Program-made: the position numbers and the translations under genes
From: the human T2T-CHM13v2.0 reference genome, Homo sapiens
Assembly: GCF_009914755.1 (NCBI RefSeq)
Contig: NC_060932.1
Length of the DNA: 64,000 nucleotides
Strand: one strand, 5' to 3'
Shown: positions 1 to 12,340 of the stretch, piece after piece
Layout of the letters: each line of letters opens with the position of its first letter
How positions within the stretch are numbered: the first letter of the stretch is position 1
The notes under the pieces: generated by a model
The model's input: the letters and a program-made list of their open reading frames with translations, nothing else
Told to the model about the DNA's origin: nothing
Databases searched by the model: none

Positions 1-317
1 TGTATTTTCCAATGTTGTTTTGTAAGGTCACATTTTCCCACATAAACAATGTTGTGCACCACCATCAGAATTATGCTCAATTTTAGGTCCAGTGTTACTC
101 ATTGTATCAGACTGGGCCAGTTACACCTGTGATCTTGTGTCTCCTGCAAGAGTGGAATAATATGAACCATACGTGGTTACTGTGAAGGTTAACTGAACAG
201 AGTTGGTAAACTACCCAGAACCAGTGTTTGATGTGTAAGGCAGAGACAACCAGGTTCTAACATCAGGAGGCTCACCTGTGGAAATGGGTTCTTGGAAGTC
301 CTTTTCTCTCATACTCT

Positions 318-1690
318 TGAGAGGTGACAGCGTGCTGGCAGTCCTCACAGCCCTGGCTCGCTCTCGGCGCCTCCTCTGCCTGGGCTCCCACTTTGGCGGC
401 ACTTGAGGAGAACTTCAGCCCGCCGCTGCTGAGCCCCTTTCTGGGCTGGCCAAGGCCAGAGCCGGCTCCCTCAGCTTGCTGGGAGGTGTGGAGGAGAGGC
501 GTGGGCGGGAACCCGGGCTGCGCGCGGTGCTTGCGGGCCAGCACGAGTTCCGGGTGGGCGTGGGCTCGGCGGGCCCCGCACTCGGAGTGGCTGGCCGGCG
601 GACCGGCCGGCCCGCCGGCCCCGGGCAGTGAGAGGCTTAGCACCTGGGCCAGCAGCTGCTGTGCTCAATTTTTCGCGGGGCCTTAGCTGCCTTCCCGCGG
701 GGCAGGGCTCGGGACCTGCAGCCGGCCATGCCTGAGCCTCCTCCTGCCTCCGTGGGCTCCTGTGCGGCCCGAGCCTCCCCAACGAGCGCCACCCCCTGCT
801 CCACCGTGCCCAGTCCCATCGACCACCCAAGGGCTAAGGAGTGCGGGCGCACGGCACGGGACTGGCAGGCAGCTCCACCGCGGCCCTGATGCGGGATCCA
901 CTGGGTGAAGCCAGCTGGGCTCCTGAGTCTGGTGGGGACTTGGAGTTAGGGGATTGTAAATACACCAATCGGCACTCTGTATCTAGCTCAAGGTTTGTAA
1001 ACACACCAATCAGCACCCTGTGTCTAACTCAAGGTTTGTGAATGCACCAATCCACACTCTGTATCTAGCTGCTCTGGTGGGGACTTGGAGAACCTTTGTG
1101 TGGACACTCTGTATCCAGCTAATCTAGTGGGGAGGTGGGAACCTTTGTGTCTAGCTCAGGGATTGTAAACGCACCAATCAGCACCCTGTCAAAACAGACC
1201 ACTCGGGCTCTCTGTAAAATGGACCAATCAGCAGGATGTGGGTGGTGCCAGATAAGAGAATAAAAGCAGGCTGCCCCAGCAGCAGTGGCAACCCGCTGGT
1301 TGCCTTCCAAAAGGTGGAAGCAGTGGTCTTTCGCAATAAATCTTCCTGCTGCTCACTCTTTGGGTCCACACTGCCTTTATGAGGTGTAACACTCGCCACG
1401 AAGGTCTGCAGCTTCACTCCTGAAGCCAGCGAGACCACGAACCCACCGGGAGGAACGAACAACTCCAGACGTGCCGCCTTGAGAGCTGTAACACTCACCT
1501 CGAAGGTCCACAGCTTCACTCCTGAGCCAGCGAGACCACAAACCCACCAGAAGGAAGAAACTCCGTACACATCTGAACATCAGAAGGAACAAACTCCGGA
1601 CACGCTGCCTTTGAGAACTGTAACACTCACCGCGAGGGTCCGCGGCTTCATTCTTGAAGTCAGACCAAGAACCCACCAATTCCGGACACA
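318..1690 (+). mobile_element. Solo LTR12C (ERV9) LTR
   Basis: Starts TGAGAGGTGACAGCGTGCTGGCAG and ends CCAATTCCGGACACA. Perfect 4-bp TSD CTCT (314-317, 1691-1694). GC-rich 5' part, ~41-bp CCAAT-containing U3 repeats, repeated U5 units (GTAACACTCACCGCGA-like). Confidence 0.95.
955..1340 (+). promoter_or_regulatory. LTR12C U3 enhancer/promoter (NF-Y CCAAT array, GATA, TATA-like AATAAAA)
   Basis: CCAATC at ~965, 1006, 1047, 1174 and 1224; CAGATAAG ~1249; AATAAAA ~1259-1265; LTR poly(A) signal AATAAA 1335-1340. Matches the known ERV9 LTR promoter layout. Confidence 0.75.
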
Positions 1691-1834
1691 CTCTAACAAT
1701 AATAAAATTTGTTATTGTCACGGTAATCCTCACAATGACTTAGCACCATTCATTTTAATATATGTTTTACTACATATCTTCTGGAGCTAGACTTTCAACA
1801 AATGTCTTTACTATTAACAAGAAGGACAACTTAA

Positions 1835-2260
<426 letters not shown>

Positions 2261-4473
2261 TCTCACTAAAGCTTTCTGAAGAAGTCCCTCCCCAAACACT
2301 AGCCTCTAGTGTTTCAAATGATCTCCTTTATTCCTTTTCTCACATCAGTAGAAGCCCCCATTCTTTCAAAGAGTTGGTTTCAACTAGATATTACAAAAAA
2401 ATTCATTTATTGAACTGATTCATGTGAACGTATGAATGAGTCTTGGCTCCTTAACCTCATTTGTGGTTGCATCAGAAAGAGAAGGAAGCTGTACAAACAA
2501 AAATATGTTTCATTGATAAACTTTTGGAGATATAGCTCAAAAGAAAAAAACACATTTTCAAAGAGAAATCTTGGGTGAGAGCAAGGAGGGTCACCTTGAA
2601 TCAAGCTGGGAAATCTGTCCCTCCCCTGTAGTATCAAACCCTTAAACACTTTCCACTTTTCAAATTTAATAATAACTATTTCTAAACCTGCAGCTTGTTT
2701 TTCTAAACAGCTATGAATGTTTGGTTGTTTTTTATAAACGGACTCCCACTAGGCAGCCCCAGGAGGTTTCAGAGGTAAAGCAAAGAGATGAAAGACCAGA
2801 GCCATTTGTGTGCTTGTGTTGCTTGCAAAGCAGGTGTTGATATGCCAAGAAACCCTGCTCAAAAGCTATGTAACATAGCAGTATAATAAACTTAGGAACA
2901 GGGTATGCTATAGAAAGCAAAGGCACCATCTAGCATTTCTGGGTTCACACAGTGTATGCAGCATTTTTTTAAGCTGCTCACTTAAAGATTTCTGGTTTCT
3001 GGAAAACGTATTGATTCACCCACCATAACTGCTAGGTTATCTATGATTTTGCTAGAAAAAGAAGAAACTAAACATCAGTTAGTAGAGACAATTCATGAAT
3101 TTTGTAAAGTTACAAAAAATAATAATTGATACTATAAAAATATGGTAATTGGATATTATTACTAGCTCACACGCAATTTGCTTAGTAAATTGGCTTTCAA
3201 TAGGAGTCTCAACTAAAAGGGGAAATGCCAGGATTGAATATGACTACAGTTTAACAGTTGCTTTCTTTAATTTTTTTTGTCTCTGAAGAGCAACTATACC
3301 AGTGAATTGTTGAAGCCCTGTTAATTTGCTTGGCCAAATGTGCATCCTTAACCATCTAATCCAAAAATAGTCAACTGGTAAAAAAACAGACGACTTTTAA
3401 CAGACTGGCATTTTGAGCTGGTGTACAAAGGTGGACAGATTACAGCAATTCATTTAAATTTCCTGGTTCCATGCACATGTTAATAGTGACTCAGAAACAC
3501 CCTCTGATACTCAGTGTGTCAGTCACACCGGGATTCATTCACTGAGTTCCGGGAGCAAGGCAGCTTTTCAAGGCTGGGCACTAAACAGGGGGAGCTTTGT
3601 GAGTGCCTAGACTCCTCTGCCGGCCACCTGCTCTTCCTCTCCTTGGCTTCCACGTAAGTTGCTTGTTCCAATGATCGTGGCACGTGCTCAATGCCGTTTA
3701 GAACAAGATTAATACCGTGAGCTGACACGGCTTTCCTGGCAGCCCCTGTCTTGTCTCTTCTCTAACACACTCTACTCACTTCCTACCTATTCTAATATCA
3801 CTGCTCACATCACAGGGGGGAAAAGATCTCTCTTTCTGTCTTCATGCAACACTTCAGCTGAAAATCGCACAGTTACTGAAAGTTTCATCACTTTTGAGAT
3901 ATATACTATAATAAATAAATCCTGACATGATGGACCTGAGGGGGAATTTAACAATAATATAGGAAGAAATATCCTCAGAAGTCTATTTATCCTGGCCCCA
4001 AATAGTCACTGTATTGTATAATTCTATAAAATGTTAGATTCTTAATTTGGCAGACTAGTCTTTTAATCAAAGGAATATTTAATTCATTAGACTACTTTAA
4101 CCTGTGGAAACACAAGGTGAAATGTTATCAGTAAGGCAAGTGATTGTGGGGTTTGACTAGAAATTATTCACGATTTTCTATAGGAAGAGCCTATATTGAC
4201 TGTGTCCAGTGGACCAATGGCTTACAACAAGTTATCACTATCACAGGAAACAGATGGATATGGAGACGTGACAAACACTGTTATTGATTCTCTACTAAAA
4301 AGGATATTACAAATTAAATAAGCACAAAGCTGATAACACAGCTAATTGAAAAGAAGTAAGGAAGACAAAATCTCTTAGTGATCATGTCCTCAAGTGGAGA
4401 AAATGGCAGATGCTGATGTTGGTTCAGTGAATGTTAGTTTAGCTCAGAGGAGAAGTTAAAGAGAGAGGACTGG

Positions 4474-4634
4474 AGCCAGGCACAGTGGTGTGCACCCATG
4501 GTCCCAGCGAGTCGAGAGGCTGAGGCAAGAGGATTGCTTGAGCCCAGGAATTAGATGCTGCAGTGAGTCATGATCACGCCACAGCGCTCCAGGGTATGTG
4601 ACAGAGCAATAGCCTGACTCTTAAAAAAAAAAAT
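4474..4634 (+). mobile_element. Alu right-arm monomer (FRAM/AluJ-like)
   Basis: Diverged GCCAGGCACAGTGGTG...GGATTGCTTGAGCCCAGG...GCAGTGAGTCATGATCACGCC, followed by an A tail. Confidence 0.85.
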
Positions 4635-4739
4635 GTTGGGGGGTGGCTGCCTCATTAACAAATAACAGAAATTCATCCAGCAACCCAGCTATTCATTAAT
4701 CTCCCCAAAAGTCAAATCTAATTGGAATGGGCCCTCCTT

Positions 4740-4815
4740 TGGTGGGAACTAGGTATAGATAATTTTATAACTACTCTCAGGAGATCTAATGTGCAGCTAA
4801 GCTTGAGAACTAAAG
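4740..4815. mobile_element. MER5-like hAT-Charlie terminal fragment
   Basis: CTCTCAGGAGATCTAATGTGCAGCTAAGCTTGAGAAC resembles the MER5A end (CCCCAGGTGATTCTAATGTGCAGCCAAGGTTGAGAACC). Confidence 0.55.
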
Positions 4816-4820
4816 ATCTA

Positions 4821-5143
<323 letters not shown>

Positions 5144-5779
5144 TCAAATATTGGTGATTGATATGTGCTGAATGAACAAGTGAATGAAGGCATTACTTGA
5201 AGAACTATTTATTTCAGAAACATTTAACATGGATATGGCATCCTTCTTAAATTGGCTGCACAGATACAATGGTATTCTCTGTGCAGATTTAAGACAGCCA
5301 AAAATTTAGGTCATTTGAATTAGAGAACTAATATTCTCAGACTTTTCTGATATTTTTCTTTCAATGTATAAGTCAAAAACAGGAATGAATGCAAGTTGTA
5401 CTATTCCAGGAAATTGCCTTCTCAATCCTGTAATCTTCTTTTTGGTAAAAAGCCTTGATTACATCATCTTTCCCAAAATACAAGGTTTCCATTGCAATAG
5501 CTCCAGCAGAATTGCTATTTAGGATAGTAGATGTTCAATTCTTTCTCTTCCCCAAGGTTGATGTCTACAAGTTTCACCTGTTAAACAGTTTTCTATACAT
5601 CATTTTAAGAAAAGTTTATCCAGAAGCAAAGAACTAACGCCAAGAGGAAATACTTTATAATTTAACATGATGAATTCCTAAATGTTATTTGTATTTCTCT
5701 GCATATGCATCATCCTCTGCAATGGTAATTTTTAAATCCACATTTTCTTTATATATTCTTCAAAAACATTATTTTTTTA

Positions 5780-5895
5780 AGGGTGCTGGAAGTACAGCTA
5801 TGAATAGCACAGAAAAAGGCCTTGCCTTCAGGAAGATCACATTCAGCTGGGAGAGACAGATAATAACCTGGCAACTAACAAATGAATAAAAACAA
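5780..5895 (-). mobile_element. L2 3' fragment
   Basis: GGTGCTGGAAGTACAGCTATGAATAGCACAGAAAAAGGCCTTGCCTTCAGGAAGATCACATTCAGCTGGGAGAGACAGA is typical antisense L2a. Confidence 0.65.
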
Positions 5896-6274
5896 TCTTA
5901 AAAAATCTTATTTAAAACAGTGGTGTTCCTTTCTCCCTTGGAATGCCACACTATTATGTTTCAATATATACATTCTTTCCTTTTTCAGCACTGTTAACAC
6001 TCACTTCAACAGAATAATATCTTACTTGCTAGTGTTTTTTTTGTAATTTCAAGGAGCATGTATTATCTCTTATTACTCAGAGGTTGTTTGCTTGTTTGTT
6101 GTATTTGTTTTCTTCATTCTGAAAGGATACGAGTTGTACAAAACTGAAACTTTTACAAATTATTGCAACTTGGAGAATCAGCTGCTTTCTCTACCCCTTT
6201 GAAGAGCATTATCTATCTCTTTTCTTCATACATCTGCCCTCATTCAGAAAAGCAATTTTCTTTGTTTACATCTG

Positions 6275-7062
6275 AATTAATCCAGCATATATTTATTGGG
6301 TAGTTATTATGTGCAAAAGTACACTATATGCTAAACCAAGTAGATTTGGTCCCTGCCCACATACACTGGACAGTTCACCAGAGGAGATAGGACATTATAA
6401 AAAGAAACACATATCAAAATGTGGCAAATACTATGAAAGTACCTCTAAGAGAGTGTAATGGGAAAAGCTAACATAGACTTGGCAGTGAGGGAAGAGCCTT
6501 TAAAGAAATGTCTTTGCAAACTAAAGTGGGGTTGGGTGGAAGAATTCTCTGGGAATGGCCCTAAAGTGAAATAGAGCTTGGTATATTTTAAGAACTGAAA
6601 AGTAGGCCATGAAAGTGAACGAAAGTGAGTGAGGGGGTGGGGCATGAGGTGAGGTTTCAGGGGTGGGTAGGCAGGAGATCCTGCATGCTTTATAGGCTGT
6701 GTCAGAGTTTGGATTTTATTCTAAGCACAATAGAAAGCCACTGAACCATTTTAGGCAAGTAAGTTGCTTGAGATAAATTACATTTTATAGAGATCATTCA
6801 GTTAACTTTGTGGAAAATGGTTGGAAAGCGGGTAAAAGTAGAAATCGCAAACCACTTAAGTTGTTGGAGGCTGTTCTTGTCCAGTGGAGAGAAGATGGGA
6901 ATTTGGGTAAGGGCTGGTAATAGAGATGGGAAAAAAAAGTAGTGAGATTTGAAGGATATTTTGAAAGTAAGATTTATTGGACTTGCTGATAGTATGGACA
7001 TGAGGGTAAGGGAGAAGGTGGATTCATGAATGATATCCAGCCCAGTTTCTGGCTTGAGCAAT
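6275..7062 (-). mobile_element. L2a fragment
   Basis: Antisense L2 hallmarks: CATATATTTATTGGG, GAGTTTGGATTTTATTCTAAG, GGACTTGCTGATAG, TTTCTGGCTTGAGCAA. Confidence 0.8.
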
Positions 7063-8784
7063 CTTGCATATTTGCAGTATGGTAGAGAAAACAGATCTTA
7101 AAAATGTCATTATGATGAGTGGAACGAGAAATCCATTACACTCCAAGCAAGGAGATTAAATTCATTCTAAGTGATGAAGAAAAATCTTCCTGAAAAATTC
7201 ATGCTTATGCCGAAACTAGCATGGCAAGAAAGAGCTTGCTAGGCAAAGAAGTGGCCTGATATAAATATCAGGACTTTCTTTATTCAATTCCTGCTAGTAA
7301 TTCATTCATTTGCTTCATATTTCTTCCCTCAGATTTTTAAGATAGCAGATCTAATTGACCCATCTTATCCTTTCCAATCCAGGCCATAGACCCTGGGTCA
7401 GTAGCCAGCCTATGTCTGGCTTCTCTTATACCAAATCCATACAGCAAGAGCCACAGTTAAGATTTCATTTAGAAGAGAAAGTATATACAGTATTGGTAGG
7501 ATCATCAGATGGACAGCTCTAGAGAAGGAGCTTTCTGGCTCCCTCTCCTATAACATTACTTAATGTGTTACAAGATAACTTACTTGTCTGCTCTACTTTC
7601 CACTTAACCCAGTTGGAAGGAACACTTAATTTTTTTCTCATGTTTAATAAGGGCCTGGAAGGAAGGTGTGGCCCTCTTCAAACTGTTTCACATTAAACTC
7701 CAAACAGAAAAGAAGCCATTAGTCATAGATGCATTTGGACATCTAAGACTTAGCAAGTCGGGGGTGGTCGGGAAAGTAACACTCTGAGTTATAATTCCCC
7801 TGAGGAGATGACTGGATGGGTAGAGGCTCTAGGGCTTCATCATCTGGTTTGCCAACCCATTTTTCATATGCTTCTTAACATCTGTGAATCGTTCAGTGTT
7901 CCAAGCAAAGAGTCATTAAATCGGTTTTGTTTATGATTGATCCAGAAGTCTCTGATCCTGTATAAATTCAAAAGGCAACCAGAAATTTTCTCATGTGCTT
8001 GGTCCAGGGAGTTATATTAAATATTTTTACAACAGATTTCATATCTGTAATTGTTGATGATGTAATAGCATGATATATTTGCCCTGAGGGCTTGTTTCTT
8101 TAAGGTTAAGCCACTATAGAATTGCTTTAAAGAATAATAGGGATAGCTAGGTCAGACCACCGAGGCTAGTGCCCATGTTTTAGACAGACAAAAATGACAA
8201 CTTGGAATTTTCTGGGATTACTTTCTCTTGGTAGATCTACTGCTTCAGCTAGAAAGCCAGGCTGAGAACACAGGCAATAAATCATACAAAGTGATACCAA
8301 CGTACACAGATCCCTTGCGCCTCCTTGTTTTCCACTTAGGCACACTCTTGCTGGATCCTTTTCATAAGCAGAATGAATGGAGGAAGGCACCAAGTGAATG
8401 GGGTCTGAAGCTGCAAGCTGCCTAGGGATGAGAGGCCGTATCAAATTACTATAAAAGGAAATTCTGCTTGCCACTCGTTGCATAGCCTAGTTATTTCCGT
8501 GTTGTATATTCTGCTGTTAAATGGGACATTCTTGACATTTTAGTGCAGCAGTCTATTGGGGCCTAAAACAATAGGACTCTATAAATTATGGCAGTGTTTT
8601 CCAATGTTTCCAATGTCATGACCTACATCAATAGGGGAAAGCAGAATTGCCTCTTTGAGAAGATAGGGACTGACCTAAGGGCTGTAGCAGCTTTAGGCTT
8701 GACCCAGCTATTCCAAGGGCTGAGGAAATCAGTATCTTGGCACACTAGAAACTCACTTGCAGCACACCAGTATTTTCTGGCACA

Positions 8785-11091
8785 CCACCAAATTAAAATG
8801 AATTAAACAAGATACTAGTTTATTTTCCTTACAGACAAGTTGGTGGTCCTGAGCTTATATAGCATCCGGTAACTGAGGCCTGTTCTAGCTTATAGTTTCA
8901 GTATCCCCAGAGCAGTTTCTTTGTCTACATGATCCAAGGTGGCTCATCACCAACTTCACATTTCAGGAAGCAGGATGAAGGGCCAGGAGAAGGAAGGCAT
9001 ACCCTTTTCTTTTAAGGCTATTACCTAGAAGTAACACAGATTACTTTCTCACATACCATCAGTAAATTTAGTGAAATCACCAAGCTTAATTGCGAAGGAA
9101 ACTGGGAAATATAATCTTTGGGAAAAAAGTTTGATTTTTATAAAAATGACATTATGAAAGAGTAAGAATATTGGGAGACTAGTAGTCTTTCTGCTATCTG
9201 CCCCTTTGATCATCTATCTATCTCTATATGTACTTGTGTACACATGTACACGTAGACTTTGGTACACATAGATCATAATCATCTTCAGTCCAAAAGATAA
9301 AACTCAATATTTCCATTAAATTATTGGATTTAGCTCAAATCATAGGATCTTGGTGATATATAGCCACCACCATGAGGTCCAGAAATCCATTTTGGGGGTC
9401 TGGTGACCTCTAAATCGAAAAACAGGTTATGCAAATCTCCTCCTACTCACAAACACACATGAAATAACTTGTATAAAACTGTGGAGTCAGAACAAGATAA
9501 TTTTTCTAAAGGATTACATTCAGAGAAGGAAGGAATGGGACAGACATAGCAGTTCTGTTTTCATTATAATGATCAAATCCCACTGGCTGGAAATTGCAAA
9601 TATGTTCCTGCCTTGACAGCTGAGTAAATTTTTTGTCCGTTTCATCTCCAAACCCCTGGTTCTGTTTTCTTGGAGGATTACCTTCCACATTGTCCACAGG
9701 TCCCTGCATTTTCCCCTGGAAGGTCCTTCCTGTTCGTTATCCTTGATGACCACATTTGATGTGAACAATGGAGAGTTTTCCCTTCTTGGCGGCCAAACAG
9801 CTTTTATAGTCATGTGTCTGCTGTTGCACTTCTGGTGGCACAGGCATTGCTTAGGTCACTCATCCTTTGGCATCCAGGATTGAAGTCCTTTGTCAATATA
9901 GCCCTCTAGAAACTTAATAGCTTTCTAATGTATTTGTTTCCAACAAATTCCACGAGCATGTAGCCAGCACCAAATATTTCTTGCTCATCTTTCTTGACTT
10001 AATGGAAACTGTCTTAGAGCAATCCAGATATAGGTTTACATGAGAAAGACAATTCCCTTAATATGATGTCTGTCCTCAAGATAGCTGCCTTTCTCTGGCC
10101 TAAAAATCTTAAATGGGAGGTGTATGAGAAATAGTTTGAGGTTATATGTCGTAGTAACTTCAGAGCCACCTCATATAAATGTTTTAGTTTAAAGTACAAA
10201 ATCAGCTTTAGCTTTTTAACTTTTAGGGCACCTATGCACCAGTCACCCAGCCAGCTTGGATTACTGGCTGCAGGCAGAGAGAGTGGCCCTTGTCCTAGTC
10301 ATGCATATTTGAGTTTATGCTTGCAAGCTGTTTAGTGATAGCCTGAGTTCATTTTTCCTTTGTAGGATTTGTTGAAGAAAATCACTACAAGCCAATGTCT
10401 ATAGCATTCAATACATTTTATCAACTATTTTCCCTAGAGTTATAGTCAGTCTGATTTCCAAGATATCATTAGTGACAATTTTACCAAATACTTTGTAACA
10501 GCATTCCAGCTTTCCAGTCAGAAATATCTGTGTTTTTGCTGTCCACCTCCAGACAGGTTAGATTATAGAAAATAAATGTTACCTATTTCAAGTTGTGTTA
10601 TGTGATGACATTATTTTCAGGTGCCAGATTTTTTAGTAATTAAGATATAGGTTGCCTGTTTATAACAGAGATCCAATATAAAAGTACTTAAATAAGACAG
10701 AATTTTCTTTCTTTCTTAATACCAGTTAGGATATTGACTGCCCAGGGCTACTTTATAATATTAGAGACCCAGGCTCTTTCCAGAGTGTTGCCCCGCCTTT
10801 CTTAGCGGACTATCCTCATCCACATAGCACAAGCTGACTCACGACTGGAGCCACAATAGAGGAAGGAGAAAAGGAAGGTGTGCCCCTTTATAATCATGAC
10901 TGAGAAATGGTTTAAATGTTTTCCTTTCATAGACATGATTGGCCAAGAATTAGTAACAAAGCCAGAACTGGCTACATGGGACCCCGGGAAATGTAGTTGT
11001 TGCTAGGAAGTCATATGCTCACCCTGGAATTCTATTACTAAAGAAGAAGAGAAGAATTTGATTTGGAGGGACTATGTCCATATCCTTCACA
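8785..11091 (-). mobile_element. Ancient MaLR (MLT1J/K/L-like) provirus: LTR - internal - LTR
   Basis: Two homologous ~400-bp blocks (~8785-9196 and ~10633-11091) share ordered motifs (TTAAAyAAGAyA; AAGGAAGGy.T.CCC.TT; GGGAAATrTArT). They flank a ~1.4-kb interior that starts with a reverse polypurine tract (CTGCCCCTTTG) and ends with a GGTGCCAGATTTT junction. Confidence 0.7.
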
Positions 11092-11270
11092 AGTTCCTTT
11101 GTATTTTAAGAACCCCTCATTTCGGAAGAGTTAGTTTTGTTTCCTTTAGTTAAAAAAGCTACTACATACTTGGAGGATCCATGACATTTAGAAATGGAGT
11201 TTCTGAAAATAGAAAAATAAAATTGAGAAAAGTTCCAGATGATAGTCTTCTTTCTTTTGCTTAAGATTTC

Positions 11271-11581
<311 letters not shown>

Positions 11582-12099
11582 TAGGATTTCTTAATAGGTA
11601 TTTATTAGAAGCTTAAGTTATGTGAATTATCCTTTGAAGCTGATCCACCTTTTTATTGCTTTCTAATATTGATATATTTTTAATTCTTGCTATCAAATTT
11701 TTATTTAATCCCTTAACTTAATGGAAGATGAAGGTTTGTTGTGTTTTCAAAACACACATAAAGCTATTATTATATGTTGACTTTTTCTAAAACTTGCTGG
11801 GTATACAAATTATAGCAACTATTAGGAAGATGAGGAGGGAGCTGCAGTGAATGACTTTTCCGAATATTTGACATATTTGTATAACTTCTGATTTTGAAAT
11901 CTGCAAAATTCTATTACCCAGCATGTGGTAATTAACAGTCTATTTAACTGCAGAAAAATGAGCTTTTTTTTACTGAATTATAAAATACTTGTTATACTAT
12001 TAATTCTTTTCATTAATACAATAATTGACTCCCCCCAAGAGTCAAGTATATCTCTCACAGATTGGCCAAGCCTTGGTGAGATCTCAGCATGTCTAATGT

Positions 12100-12338
12100 A
12101 GGGAGGTATAGCAACATCTGAGGGTTCAGGTTTTGAAGTTACAGACCTGACTTTAGACTCCCAGTCCACCAGTTATATTTACACATCCTAGGAAAATTAT
12201 TTGCCACTCTAAGCCTTCTAGTTCACAACAATAAAATTCATGTAATAGTACTACTTGCTGTTCACATTAGTATAAAAATTAAAGGATATTATCCGTAAAA
12301 TGTATTTAGATAGCCTGTAGCAAATGGCAAGAATGTAA
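12100..12338 (+). mobile_element. MIR
   Basis: CAGACCTGACTTTAGACTCCCAGTCCACC...CTCTAAGCCT...TAATAGTACTAC...GTAAAATGTATTTAG; degraded MIR core. Confidence 0.65.
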
Positions 12339-12340
12339 TA

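Noticed and set aside
955-1200. Regularly spaced ~41-bp repeats, superficially CRISPR-like
   Set aside because: They are the known LTR12 U3 tandem units; there are no unique spacers and the context is eukaryotic.
211-1790. Cluster of overlapping 60-130 aa ORFs on both strands
   Set aside because: They lie largely within the GC-rich LTR12C, where stop codons are scarce; no protein homology recognised.
8228-8425. 65-aa plus ORF after a possible acceptor (CTTTCTCTTGGTAG)
   Set aside because: TTG start, no recognisable domain, no convincing donor; likely chance.
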